DNA from: Spirochaetia bacterium
GTDB lineage: Bacteria > Spirochaetota > Spirochaetia > UBA9216
Length of the DNA: 64,000 nucleotides
NCBI GenBank assembly: GCA_963677925.2
Contig: CAXXYH010000003.1
Span: 1,664,001-1,728,000, forward strand
Reading direction: 5' to 3'
Shown: positions 18,136 to 27,781 of the stretch, piece after piece
Layout: every line of letters begins with the position of its first letter
Numbering within the stretch: position 1 is the stretch's first letter
Position numbers and translations under genes: made by a program
Notes under the pieces: generated by a model
The model's input: only the letters and a program-made list of their open reading frames with translations
What the model was told of the DNA's origin: nothing
Database searches by the model: none

Positions 18136-20591
18136 ACACCTTCCCTCTGGGATCTGAGGAGCTCTCCGTTGGTCTGAACAGATGAAGAGCTGTGACCTGA
18201 AAGCGGAATTATGTTTTCATCAATAGCATCGATGATCCACTTTGATGTCGGGAAGAAGTAGTCTTCCATCTCTGCCGGCGGTGTGATCCAGTTCTTTGAA
18301 CCGACAACTACCGGAGGAGCATCAAGGTAATCAAATGCAAGTCTGCTGATATTTGATGCAATGTTGTGGAGGTATGAACCTCTCTCGCTTGCGTCTGATG
18401 AAAGAACAACCTTACCGGTCTTCTTAACAGACTCGATGATCTTGTCATAGTTAAGCGGATTGATAAATCTGAGGTCGATAACCTCTGCACTCATTCCGTA
18501 TTTTTCCTGAAGCTCATCGGCAGCCTTGACTGCTTCATACAGTGTGGCACCGATAGTGATAATAGTTAAATCGCTTCCGGTTCTTCTGACTGCCGGTTCG
18601 CCTTCTTCAATTTCATAGTAGCCTTCAGGAACACCGGCTTTTTCAAACTCTTCTCCTACGCCGTAGAGTTTCTGGCTTTCAAAGAAGATAACAGGGTCTG
18701 TTCCGCTGAGTGCCAGGTTAAGCATACCCTTTGCGTCATAAGGAGTTGCGGGAAACATTGCCTTGAGTCCCGGAATGTGGGCTACAAGGGCCGACCAGTC
18801 CTGTGAGTGCTGTGCGCCGTACTTGTTTCCGACAGAAACGCGGAGGACAAGCGGCATTCTCAGCTCTCCGCCGGACATTGACTGCCACTTGGGCATCTGG
18901 TTGAAGACCTCGTCACCTGATCTTCCGAGGAAGTCGCAGTACATAAGTTCAACCATTGCACGTCCGCCGCTCATAGCGTAGCCTACTGCAGAACCGACTA
19001 TTGCACCCTCTGAGATGGGTGAATTGAACAGTCTGTGGTACGGAAGCGCTTCTGTAAGACCGCGGTATACGGCAAAGGCTCCGCCCCAGTCACGGTTTTC
19101 TTCACCGTATGCGACCAGTGTAGGGTCGGTATAGAAGCCGTGAACTGCTGCTTCAAAAAGCGCGTCACGGTACACAAACTGCTTTGATGCGGGAATCTTG
19201 TTTCCGGCTTCATCGAAGGCGTACCTGATCTTTTTCGCGTTAGCCTTTACTCTCGGGTTCTCTTCAAGAGGCATAAGAACTTCAGGCTCACGGTCATCTA
19301 GCTTTTCCATCTTTGTGTTTGAGAACATTACAGACTCTATGAACTTTCCGTCGACAAATCTTGAGATATTGTCGTCTATAGCAATCTTCATTGTGTTTGT
19401 TATTTTGCCGACAACCTTCTCTTTCAGGCTGTCTGAAGCCTTCTGATCAAAAACACCGTTTTCAATAAGGTACTTTTCAAAATTCTGAATTACATCAGCA
19501 TCCCTGAAAGCATCCATCTCTTCCTTGCTTCTGTAGGATGACGCATCAGAAGGTGAATGACCTGAGAGCCTGTAGGTAATTGTATCCATAAGAACAGGGC
19601 CCTTGCCTTCAAGCAGGAGTTTTTTCTTTCTGGACATTGCATCTGCAACTGCAAGAGGGTTGAATCCGTCTACACGTTCTGCATGCATATTGTCCGGGTT
19701 GACACCGGCGCCGATTCTCGCAGGCTCCTTGTAACCCATGGTTTCACCGTTTGTCTGGCCGCCCATCGCGTAGAAGTTATTGAAAATATTGAGCATGAAG
19801 GGAGGTGCACCGCCCAGGTCCTTGTCCCAGAGATTATTGTACTGGTCCATCGCGGCCAGCATCAGGCCTTCCCATACAGGGCCGCAGCCCATTGAGCCGT
19901 CGCCTATGTTGGCAATTACGATACCGGGCTTACGGTTGATTCTCTTGTAAAGGGCTGAACCGACGCTGATGTCGGCACTTCCGCCTACGATTGCGTTATT
20001 GGGCATGCTGCCGAAGGGGGCAAAGAAGGTGTGCATTGAACCGCCGAGGCCTCTGTTGAAACCGGGGGCTCTTGCGAAAATCTCTGCGAGTGCTCCGTAG
20101 AGAACAAAGTTCTCTGCAAGGTCTTTTACGTTATCGCCCTTGTGGTGCTTATCAACGATGCCTAAAGCTTCACCGTTCATGAAGCCTTCCATTGTTGATT
20201 TCAGGCTTGCTTCATCAAGCTTCTTGATAGCGGAAAAACACTTTGCAAGTATTTCACCGTGGCTTCGGTGTGAACCGAAGATAAAGTCGTCTGTATCAAG
20301 GACGGCGCACTGACCGACCGATGCGGATTCCTGACCGGCTGAAAGGTGTGCAGGGCCCTTGTGGTTGTATTCAAGACCGTTGTAGGAACCTTCCTTCTTG
20401 ATGAGATCGAGCATGGTTTCAAACTCGCGGATAATAAGCATGTCGTAGTACATGCCGATAAGGCCGTCTTTTCCGTACAGCTTAAGTTCTTTCTTGATAT
20501 CAGGCTTATACTGGTTAACCGGTATATCCTTTATTTTGATGGTGCCGGGTTTTCTTACCTCTTCCGGCCTTATTTCAAGTATTTTAGGCAT
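18132..20591 (-). CDS. fused E1 alpha/beta TPP-dependent dehydrogenase (acetoin/2-oxoacid dehydrogenase family)
   Basis: [26 protein letters not shown] motif, GHSPSD; beta part [30 protein letters not shown]. Confidence 0.9.
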   Translation of the reverse strand: MPKILEIRPEEVRKPGTIKIKDIPVNQYKPDIKKELKLYGKDGLIGMYYDMLIIREFETMLDLIKKEGSYNGLEYNHKGPAHLSAGQESASVGQCAVLDTDDFIFGSHRSHGEILAKCFSAIKKLDEASLKSTMEGFMNGEALGIVDKHHKGDNVKDLAENFVLYGALAEIFARAPGFNRGLGGSMHTFFAPFGSMPNNAIVGGSADISVGSALYKRINRKPGIVIANIGDGSMGCGPVWEGLMLAAMDQYNNLWDKDLGGAPPFMLNIFNNFYAMGGQTNGETMGYKEPARIGAGVNPDNMHAERVDGFNPLAVADAMSRKKKLLLEGKGPVLMDTITYRLSGHSPSDASSYRSKEEMDAFRDADVIQNFEKYLIENGVFDQKASDSLKEKVVGKITNTMKIAIDDNISRFVDGKFIESVMFSNTKMEKLDDREPEVLMPLEENPRVKANAKKIRYAFDEAGNKIPASKQFVYRDALFEAAVHGFYTDPTLVAYGEENRDWGGAFAVYRGLTEALPYHRLFNSPISEGAIVGSAVGYAMSGGRAMVELMYCDFLGRSGDEVFNQMPKWQSMSGGELRMPLVLRVSVGNKYGAQHSQDWSALVAHIPGLKAMFPATPYDAKGMLNLALSGTDPVIFFESQKLYGVGEEFEKAGVPEGYYEIEEGEPAVRRTGSDLTIITIGATLYEAVKAADELQEKYGMSAEVIDLRFINPLNYDKIIESVKKTGKVVLSSDASERGSYLHNIASNISRLAFDYLDAPPVVVGSKNWITPPAEMEDYFFPTSKWIIDAIDENIIPLSGHSSSSVQTNGELLRSQREGV

Positions 20592-20620
20592 TTGATAACT
20601 CCTTATAACTTAGCACCGGA

Positions 20621-21946
20621 TTAAAGCATCCAGCATACATCTTTGATAATTTCCGACACACTCGGGTGCGGGAAGATAATTTCTCTCATATCCTTTGTAC
20701 GAAGTTCCGCTTCAATTGCTGCAGCGGCTGTACCTATCATCTCTGAACAGACGGCGCCGATCATGTGAACGCCGAGAATCATGTCGGTATCGGCATCGGC
20801 TATAACCTTGCACATACCGGCTTCCTTTCCGTGTTCGGCGAGAAAGCGTCCGTTTGCCCTCATCTGCATGGCGGCAGATTTCACGTTGTATCCGGCGGCC
20901 TTTGCATCCTTTTCTGTGTATCCGCATCCGGCAACTTCAGGCAGTGAGTAGACAGCCCAGGGAACGGCGTTGTATCTCATTATTCCGCCTGCTCCGAACA
21001 TGTTCATCACGGCAACCTCACCCATTCTTGATGCCGAGTGGGCAAGCAGTGATTTTCCGGTAACATCGCCTACAGCATAAATGCCCGGGATATTGGTCCG
21101 CATGTGCTCGTCAACGGCAACGCCCTTCGGGCTGTAATCTATTCCAAGATTTTCGAAACCGCCTGTATTCGGGCGTCTTCCTACCGACATCAGGACAAGA
21201 TCAGCTTTTACGCTTTCCTTCTTTCCGTCCTTTTCATATTCAACGCCGTCGGCAGTAATAGCAGTAACCTTTGATGAAAGCAGGAAGTTAACCGCGCCCA
21301 TTTCCTTTCGCAGGAGCTTGGCGGTTTCTCCGTCCATCATCGGACATATCTCATCCATCATCTCAATAACGCTTACTTCAACGCCTACATTACTGAAGAA
21401 GGAAGCAAACTCAACGCCGATAACACCGCCGCCGATAACCGCCAGCTTTTTCGGCAGTTCTTCAAGCGCCAGAATTTCACGGTTTGTAACTACATTCGGT
21501 CCGTCAAATCCGGGAATAGGAGGAACGAAGGCAGAAGACCCGGTAGCGATAATCAGGTTCTCACCCTCGTATACAGTTTCGCCGACCTTCACCTTTTTCC
21601 CTCCGGGAAAAACGGCCTCACCGTAAACAACTTCAACCTTGCCCTGCTTCATCAGAAAGGCAATACCCTTGCGGAGGCTGTCAATGGTTTCATTCTTCCA
21701 GGCCATTGCCTCGGAAAAATTAAAGACCGGATTATCAAAATGAACGCCGAACTTTGCGGCTTCCTTTCCGTATGTAAAATGCTTTGCGGCATTCAGAAGA
21801 CTCTTTGTAGGAATACAGCCGTGGTTTGTGCAGACACCGCCAAGGTTCTCCTTTTCAACAAGCAGAACCTTCTTTCCCATATGGCCGGCACGCTCAGCGG
21901 CAACATAGCCTCCGGGACCGGCTCCAACAACTATCAAATCAAACAT
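20621..21946 (-). CDS. lpdA: dihydrolipoyl dehydrogenase (E3)
   Basis: GAGPGGYVAA, GGVCTNHGCIPTK, GGGVIG, HPSVSE. Confidence 0.93.
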   Translation of the reverse strand: MFDLIVVGAGPGGYVAAERAGHMGKKVLLVEKENLGGVCTNHGCIPTKSLLNAAKHFTYGKEAAKFGVHFDNPVFNFSEAMAWKNETIDSLRKGIAFLMKQGKVEVVYGEAVFPGGKKVKVGETVYEGENLIIATGSSAFVPPIPGFDGPNVVTNREILALEELPKKLAVIGGGVIGVEFASFFSNVGVEVSVIEMMDEICPMMDGETAKLLRKEMGAVNFLLSSKVTAITADGVEYEKDGKKESVKADLVLMSVGRRPNTGGFENLGIDYSPKGVAVDEHMRTNIPGIYAVGDVTGKSLLAHSASRMGEVAVMNMFGAGGIMRYNAVPWAVYSLPEVAGCGYTEKDAKAAGYNVKSAAMQMRANGRFLAEHGKEAGMCKVIADADTDMILGVHMIGAVCSEMIGTAAAAIEAELRTKDMREIIFPHPSVSEIIKDVCWML

Positions 21947-21966
21947 AATTCAAACTCCAGTAATTT

Positions 21967-23310
21967 CTACAGTGCGAGGTAGATCCCGATATTCTCAACC
22001 GCGGTCCTGATATCGGCACAGAACTTTGATGCCGGAGCACCGTCTGCAGCCTGATGATCATAGGTCAGTGAGAAGCCGATGTGATCACGGTACTCAACTC
22101 CGTTCGCTGTTCTCACAGGCTTAAGCTGGGTTGAGCAGACACCGAGTATTCCTATCTCCGGCGGATTAATAATCGGAGTAAAGCTGTCAATTCCAAAAGC
22201 GCCTACATTGCTGAGAGTGAAGGTGGCTCCTGTAAGTTCATCGGGCTGGGCCTTTCCTTCACGGCAGGCTGCAATAAGTCTTGCCGCTTCTGCGGAAAGC
22301 TCCTTCAGGCTGAGGCTGTCGGCATTCTTTATTACCGGAACAAGCAGACCCTTGGGAGTATCACATGCGAAACCGAGATGGACACTGTCAAAATATCTCA
22401 TTGTGTCGCCGAGCCAGTGGCAGTTGAACTCAGGATGAAGCTTCAGAACCCTAGAAGCGGCAAACATTACGATATCGTTTATGCTGACCTTTCCAAGACC
22501 GAGTTCTTCAGGAGAGTTCTTGAACTTTGCACGGTAGGCAAGAAGTTCGGTAGCATCTGCTGTAAAATTGTGTGTGAGCTGGGCTGTCATTGAAAGCGAT
22601 TCCATCATCCTCGCGGCGGTAATCTTTCTTACACCCTTAACCTTTTCATCCCTGAAAGCGCCCGGGAACGGCAGGGCTGCCGATGCGGAAGCTGCAGTAC
22701 CAGCTGCCGTAGAAGCAGCTGGTGCAGAGGAAAGGTCCTGAAGTCTGACCCTTCCGCCGATTCCAGTACCCTCTGCGGGTGCAGTAAGCCCCTGCTCTAT
22801 TGCAGCAGCAACAGCTGCAGGAGTAAGGGGTTCCTTTCCGGCAAGAGCACCTAAAACATCACGCTCAATTACACGTCCTCCGGGTCCGCTTCCTGCAAGG
22901 CCTGAAGCATCAAAGCCCTTTCCGGCAGCGAGGTTTCTTGCCCTGGGAGATACGAAGCTGTCTCCGCCGGTTGAGTTCACCGCAGGTGCAGCCTGGGCTG
23001 CCGCAGGTGCGGATGCGGAAGCACCGTCACCTGAGGCTGCAAACTCGGCTTCAAAGCTGCTTATATCTTCACCGGGTTCACCGATAACCGCCATCATTTT
23101 CTGTACAGGCACTTCGGTATCCGGTCCGTAAAAAATCTTTAGAATGGTACCTTCAGCAGTAGATTCAACCTCTATGGTTGCCTTGTCGGTCTCTGCCTCG
23201 CAGACTACATCACCGACATTAACCCGGTCGCCTTCCTTCTTCATCCATTCAAGAATGAGACAGGACTCTACCGAGTTACCCTGCTTTGGCATCAATAACG
23301 CTGTTGCCAT
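21967..23310 (-). CDS. dihydrolipoamide acyltransferase (E2)
   Basis: Single lipoyl domain (ETDKAT), E3-binding SPRAR..GSGPGGRV, FTLSNVG, TPIINPP, YDHQAADGA. Confidence 0.92.
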   Translation of the reverse strand: MATALLMPKQGNSVESCLILEWMKKEGDRVNVGDVVCEAETDKATIEVESTAEGTILKIFYGPDTEVPVQKMMAVIGEPGEDISSFEAEFAASGDGASASAPAAAQAAPAVNSTGGDSFVSPRARNLAAGKGFDASGLAGSGPGGRVIERDVLGALAGKEPLTPAAVAAAIEQGLTAPAEGTGIGGRVRLQDLSSAPAASTAAGTAASASAALPFPGAFRDEKVKGVRKITAARMMESLSMTAQLTHNFTADATELLAYRAKFKNSPEELGLGKVSINDIVMFAASRVLKLHPEFNCHWLGDTMRYFDSVHLGFACDTPKGLLVPVIKNADSLSLKELSAEAARLIAACREGKAQPDELTGATFTLSNVGAFGIDSFTPIINPPEIGILGVCSTQLKPVRTANGVEYRDHIGFSLTYDHQAADGAPASKFCADIRTAVENIGIYLAL

Positions 23311-23427
23311 ATTTCTCTCCTAATAATACATCAATCATTCTGCCGTGACGGCAGGTTCAAAAATGAAGTTTTAAAGCATAGCTTTCAAACTTCTGAAAAT
23401 CGAAAATACACGGATGTGTTCTCGATT

Positions 23428-24180
23428 TTAAACGATCTTCAGGTTAAGTCCTTTTTCTTCCATTTCAGCTCTGACCGTCTGGTCCAATCCCTCATCCGAA
23501 ATAATCAGGTCTGTACTCTCAAGCGGCAGGATTTTCACAAATCCCACCTTGTTGTATTTTCCCGAGTCAGCAAGAAGAACGGTCTTTTCCGACTGTCTGA
23601 CCATCTTTTTAATAATTTCGGAATTCTCAACAAGCTGGGTGGTCATCCCGCTTTGATAAGAGAATCCTTCCGTTCCGATAAAAGCAATTTTCACATGGTA
23701 GGCATCCAGCTGTCTGATTGGCTCCGGGCCCACAACAGCTTCAGCCATCGGACGGAATTCTCCGCCTACAAGCGTAAGGTTTATTGAAGGGTTCATCCTT
23801 GCATACGGAAGAAGCAGGGTTGAATTTGTTACTATTCTGATATCTCTTTTACCCAGGAGATAATTCCCGATATACGCAGTTGTCGTACCTGCACATATCA
23901 TAATGGAATCGCCGTCTTCAACCATTGAAGCAGCTTCCTTTGCAATCCTTCTTTTTACATCAGTCATATCCCTCTGACGCTCAAGAATCTCCGGATGCAT
24001 TGCCGGAACAGCCCCGCCCCGGGTTTTCACGAGCACGCCTTTTTCAACCAGACTGTTAAAATCGCTTCTGACAGTCACGGTTGAAACATTCAGCCGCTCG
24101 CTTATCTCCGAGACGCTGACCCTGCCCTCTTCAGACAGGATCTCAACTATCCGCCTTTCTCTTTCGGTTAAACTATGCAT
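23428..24180 (-). CDS. DeoR/GlpR family transcriptional regulator
   Basis: LNVSTVTVRSD, KTRGGA, AGTTT, VTNS, LADSGK. Confidence 0.92.
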   Translation of the reverse strand: MHSLTERERRIVEILSEEGRVSVSEISERLNVSTVTVRSDFNSLVEKGVLVKTRGGAVPAMHPEILERQRDMTDVKRRIAKEAASMVEDGDSIMICAGTTTAYIGNYLLGKRDIRIVTNSTLLLPYARMNPSINLTLVGGEFRPMAEAVVGPEPIRQLDAYHVKIAFIGTEGFSYQSGMTTQLVENSEIIKKMVRQSEKTVLLADSGKYNKVGFVKILPLESTDLIISDEGLDQTVRAEMEEKGLNLKIV

Positions 24181-24189
24181 GCCTTACCG

Positions 24190-25452
24190 CTAAATTGAGG
24201 TACTGTGAGCAAGAAGATATTTTTCAGCTTCAAGGTTCCACAAGCCGTTATGTTTCTTTACGAGCTTATCAAGTTCGGCAAAAACAGGGTCTGACTTGCC
24301 GAGTTCTTCAAAATCGGCAATTGCTGTAAGCGGCATGCTCTTCTGAACATAAATCAGTTTTTTGCCGCCGGGAATCTTGGGCAGATTGAGTGTTGTCTCG
24401 ACAACTGAATCAAGTCCGCCGATATGGGTTATCATCGATGCCGGATTAAGCTCTCCGCGTCCCATCATCTCAAGAGATTCACGCATATCGGCTGTGTTTC
24501 CGCCGCTTGTTCCTACAAGGTGATGGAACTCATAATGTACATTGTAAAAATTGAGTTCAGCTTTGAACTCTGTATTTGAAGGTCCTGCAAAGAAGTTCAG
24601 ACATCCGTCTTTTGTAAGGATTGAGTCTCCCTGTTCAATAAGAGGTTTCACAGGAGCCATAACCAGTACATCGTCGTAGCCTGCTCCGCCTGTCTGATCC
24701 ATAAGAAGCTTAACAGGATCTGATGTATCCTTTGTATTCAGATAGATGAGCTTTACACCGTTTTTGGCAGCCTCTTCGACGCTGTAGACTTCGGCTGCCC
24801 GTTTAAGTCGGGTGTCATCAATATCAGTGACAACAAGAAGCCCGGGTTTAACCGGATTATGTATGGCGTAATCTATTGCGCCAAGTCCCATCGGACCTAC
24901 ACCGGCGATAATTGCGAGATTTCCGCCTTCCTTGATACCCATGTTATGGATATAAGTGCCCTGGGGAATGTGATACATGGCATGATATGTCCCGACAATA
25001 CAGGAAACAGGTTCACTCAGTGATCCCATGAAGTAGGCATCTCCCTCATAAGGAAGAAGACAGTCCATTTCCATTACTTCGTTGGGAATCAGTATATTTG
25101 TCGCATCACCGCCGATGTAATGGAATGAATAGCCCGGAGCATCAAGGCTTCCCTTATAATTTAGTGCCGGCTGAATTGAAAACTTCTGGCCTGGTTTGAA
25201 CTTATCAGCCCATTTTGAACCTACTTCAAGAATCTCTCCGCAGAATTCATGGCCGATCATTGTAGGATTCTGCGCAACATCATCGGGAACCCTTTTATGT
25301 TCCGGCCCCTGGATAGCAGCCTTATATGAAGACATACAGATACTGTCTGAAATTACTGTTGCGAGTATTTCATCGTCTTTCATTGCCGGAAGCTCAAACT
25401 CCTCGAGCCTGAGGTCGTTCTTTCCGTATATTCGTACAGCTTTGGTTTTCAT
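24190..25452 (-). CDS. zinc-binding dehydrogenase, L-sorbose-1-phosphate reductase-like
   Basis: MKTKAVRIYGKNDLRLEEF, DSICMSSYK, GHEFCG, QPAL, GPMGLG, NFFAGP, NFYNVHY, GTSGG, IPGGKKLIY; GGAGG RBS. Confidence 0.88.
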   Translation of the reverse strand: MKTKAVRIYGKNDLRLEEFELPAMKDDEILATVISDSICMSSYKAAIQGPEHKRVPDDVAQNPTMIGHEFCGEILEVGSKWADKFKPGQKFSIQPALNYKGSLDAPGYSFHYIGGDATNILIPNEVMEMDCLLPYEGDAYFMGSLSEPVSCIVGTYHAMYHIPQGTYIHNMGIKEGGNLAIIAGVGPMGLGAIDYAIHNPVKPGLLVVTDIDDTRLKRAAEVYSVEEAAKNGVKLIYLNTKDTSDPVKLLMDQTGGAGYDDVLVMAPVKPLIEQGDSILTKDGCLNFFAGPSNTEFKAELNFYNVHYEFHHLVGTSGGNTADMRESLEMMGRGELNPASMITHIGGLDSVVETTLNLPKIPGGKKLIYVQKSMPLTAIADFEELGKSDPVFAELDKLVKKHNGLWNLEAEKYLLAHSTSI

Positions 25453-25484
25453 AATTCCTCCTTAAGGTTTCTAAAAACACCATA

Positions 25485-25516
25485 TTTACTTTCTATTTAC
25501 TTTCTTTTACCTTTCT
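25485..25516 (-). promoter_or_regulatory. tandem direct repeats, candidate DeoR operator
   Basis: TTTACTTTCT at 25485 and 25496, TTTACCTTTCT at 25506; about 11-bp period, just upstream of the first gene of the operon. Confidence 0.5.
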
Positions 25517-25626
25517 ATAATATTTACATTGGGTTTACATTGTCAAGTAAATCGCTATCACTTTTATATACATTGATGATTTTTTTAACTCCTTGACAAC
25601 CTTTTTATTCCTAGAATAATAAGTAT

Positions 25627-26055
25627 ATGCACAGACAACACGAATTCAAATGCAAAGCCCCCGTTCAGATACGTTTTGGGGATATTGACGGCCAGGGCCA
25701 TGTAAACAACGCTGTATACCAGAATTATTATGATATCGGGAGGGTAAAATACCTTTCCGAAATGCTTGGTGAACCATATATGCCCGGCGGCAAATCCCTG
25801 GTGGTGGCTTCGGTAAAAACTGATTTTCTTGCACCGGTTTTCCTGCATGATGATATAATAGTAGAATCTGCGGTGATCAAGATCGGCAATAAATCACTCA
25901 CAATGCTGCAGAGAATCAGGGAAAATCATACCGGTGAGATAAAATCCGACTGCACGACAATTTTTGCCGGCTACGATTATGACCGGGCTGAAACTATTGT
26001 AATACCGGACAGATACCGAAACGCAATAAAAGAGTACCAGAACAAGGAAGTGTAA
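25627..26055 (+). CDS. acyl-CoA thioesterase (4HBT/YbgC hotdog family)
   Basis: IRFGDIDGQGHVNNAVY. Confidence 0.9.
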   Translation: MHRQHEFKCKAPVQIRFGDIDGQGHVNNAVYQNYYDIGRVKYLSEMLGEPYMPGGKSLVVASVKTDFLAPVFLHDDIIVESAVIKIGNKSLTMLQRIRENHTGEIKSDCTTIFAGYDYDRAETIVIPDRYRNAIKEYQNKEV

Positions 26056-26056
26056 A

Positions 26057-27775
26057 ATGTTTGAAAAGGCAATGTTTGAAGCTGAATATTCCGCTGACGG
26101 AGTCAGACATACGGTTGTAATGCCGTTTCAGGCTCTTGTCAACTCAGAAGCTGTAGGCTTCAACCTGAGCCATTCAAATGACGGGAAACGGGAAAGCATA
26201 AAGGTATCAGTCATTCCCAGAGCGGAAATAAAGATTCACCGGCTTGAGCTGGTTGCTGAGTATGAATTCCATCAGGATGAAAAAATATTCCTCAACGGCT
26301 ACCAGAGCTGGACTGACAGTGCAGAACACGGCCTTCAGGACAGACAGAAGGGAATTCCCCTTTTAGGAAGAATAGTAAACCCCTACTTTCAGCTGCGGAA
26401 ATACGGAGACTATGATTTCATCCGTCAACCCTCTGCTCCCGGCGAGTTTCACGGTTTTTCGTATGGATATATTAAAAAGCAGGGCTCAAACCAGATTACT
26501 CTTCTTGGTTCTCTGAATGAACAGAACGCCTTCACTGTAATACGTTTTACAGCTGCTGCAAAAGAAATCCGTGTGAGCATGGAATGCAACAACCTTGCCA
26601 CCGACAAACCGGTAACAGCACTTCAACTCCTCTGTGTAACTGATGAGGAAAATAAGGCTTTCGATCAGTGGTTTTCAGCAATGGAGCTGCCGGCGGTAAA
26701 AACTCCCGAAATTACCGGATGGACCTCATGGTACGACCACTATGAAAATATCAGCAGTGACATAATCAATCAGAATCTCGAAGCCTTTACCAACACGAAT
26801 CTCCCTATAGAAATATTCCAGATAGATGACGGTTTTCAGACCGCAACAGGAGACTGGCTGAGCATTGACAAAGCAAAATTCCCCGAAGGGCTTGCCCCGG
26901 TGGTAGACCGTATTCATAAAAGCGGGTATAAGGCCGGATTATGGCTCGCTCCCTTTTCAGCCCAGAAGAACTCAGAGCTTGCAAAACAGCACCCGGAATG
27001 GCTCCTGAGGGATGGCAAAGGGAAGCCGGTTCAGGCAGGCATCAACTGGGGCGGTTTTTACGCTCTTGATATATACAATCAGGAGTTCAGGGACCATCTT
27101 GCTGAAGTTTTCAATACAGTTCTGAATGAGTGGGGCTTTGATATGGTCAAGCTTGACTTCCTCTACGGAGCCTGCCTTGCGCCGGAAACTCAGGGAAGAA
27201 CAAGAGGCGCGGTTATGCATGACGGTATGAAACTTCTGCGGGAACTCACCGGCAGTAAGCTGATTCTCGGCTGCGGAGTTCCGCTTGCTTCGGCATTCGG
27301 ATTGGTCGACTACTGCAGAATCGGCTGCGATGTCAGCCTTGACTGGGACGACGGGTTCAGGGGCAGCCAGATTCACCGGGAGAGACCCTCAACACTGAAC
27401 TCACTTGCAAATGCAATAGGCCGGAGGCATCTTGACGGCAGGGCCTTCAGAAACGATCCGGATGTATTCATATTAAGAGACAGAAATACAAAACTAAGCG
27501 GCGCCGAAAAAGAAACCCTGTTCAGAATCAACGCAGTTACCGGTGCTCTTGTTTTTACATCCGACAATGTTGCGGAATACAGTGACACAAGAAAGAAGAT
27601 GTTTGAATCTCTGAAGGCAAAAAAGAAAATTGAATCTGTCGAGTCTGACAGCGGAACCTATACGATCAGCTATACTGAGGGTGGAAAAGAACATATTCTA
27701 TTCGCAAACCTCTCAGATAAGACCATTTTCTACAGCGGTCTCGAGGTTCCCGCTCACTCCTCAGTTATTTTGTAG
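26057..27775 (+). CDS. alpha-galactosidase, glycoside hydrolase family 36
   Basis: NGYQSW, GWTSWY, FQIDDGFQ, GLWLAPF, VKLDFL, RIGCD, NDPD. Confidence 0.88.
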   Translation: MFEKAMFEAEYSADGVRHTVVMPFQALVNSEAVGFNLSHSNDGKRESIKVSVIPRAEIKIHRLELVAEYEFHQDEKIFLNGYQSWTDSAEHGLQDRQKGIPLLGRIVNPYFQLRKYGDYDFIRQPSAPGEFHGFSYGYIKKQGSNQITLLGSLNEQNAFTVIRFTAAAKEIRVSMECNNLATDKPVTALQLLCVTDEENKAFDQWFSAMELPAVKTPEITGWTSWYDHYENISSDIINQNLEAFTNTNLPIEIFQIDDGFQTATGDWLSIDKAKFPEGLAPVVDRIHKSGYKAGLWLAPFSAQKNSELAKQHPEWLLRDGKGKPVQAGINWGGFYALDIYNQEFRDHLAEVFNTVLNEWGFDMVKLDFLYGACLAPETQGRTRGAVMHDGMKLLRELTGSKLILGCGVPLASAFGLVDYCRIGCDVSLDWDDGFRGSQIHRERPSTLNSLANAIGRRHLDGRAFRNDPDVFILRDRNTKLSGAEKETLFRINAVTGALVFTSDNVAEYSDTRKKMFESLKAKKKIESVESDSGTYTISYTEGGKEHILFANLSDKTIFYSGLEVPAHSSVIL

Positions 27776-27781
27776 GTAATT

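Noticed and set aside
22680-23040. Ala/Pro-rich repetitive sequence in E2
   Set aside because: Ordinary flexible linkers of dihydrolipoamide acyltransferases.
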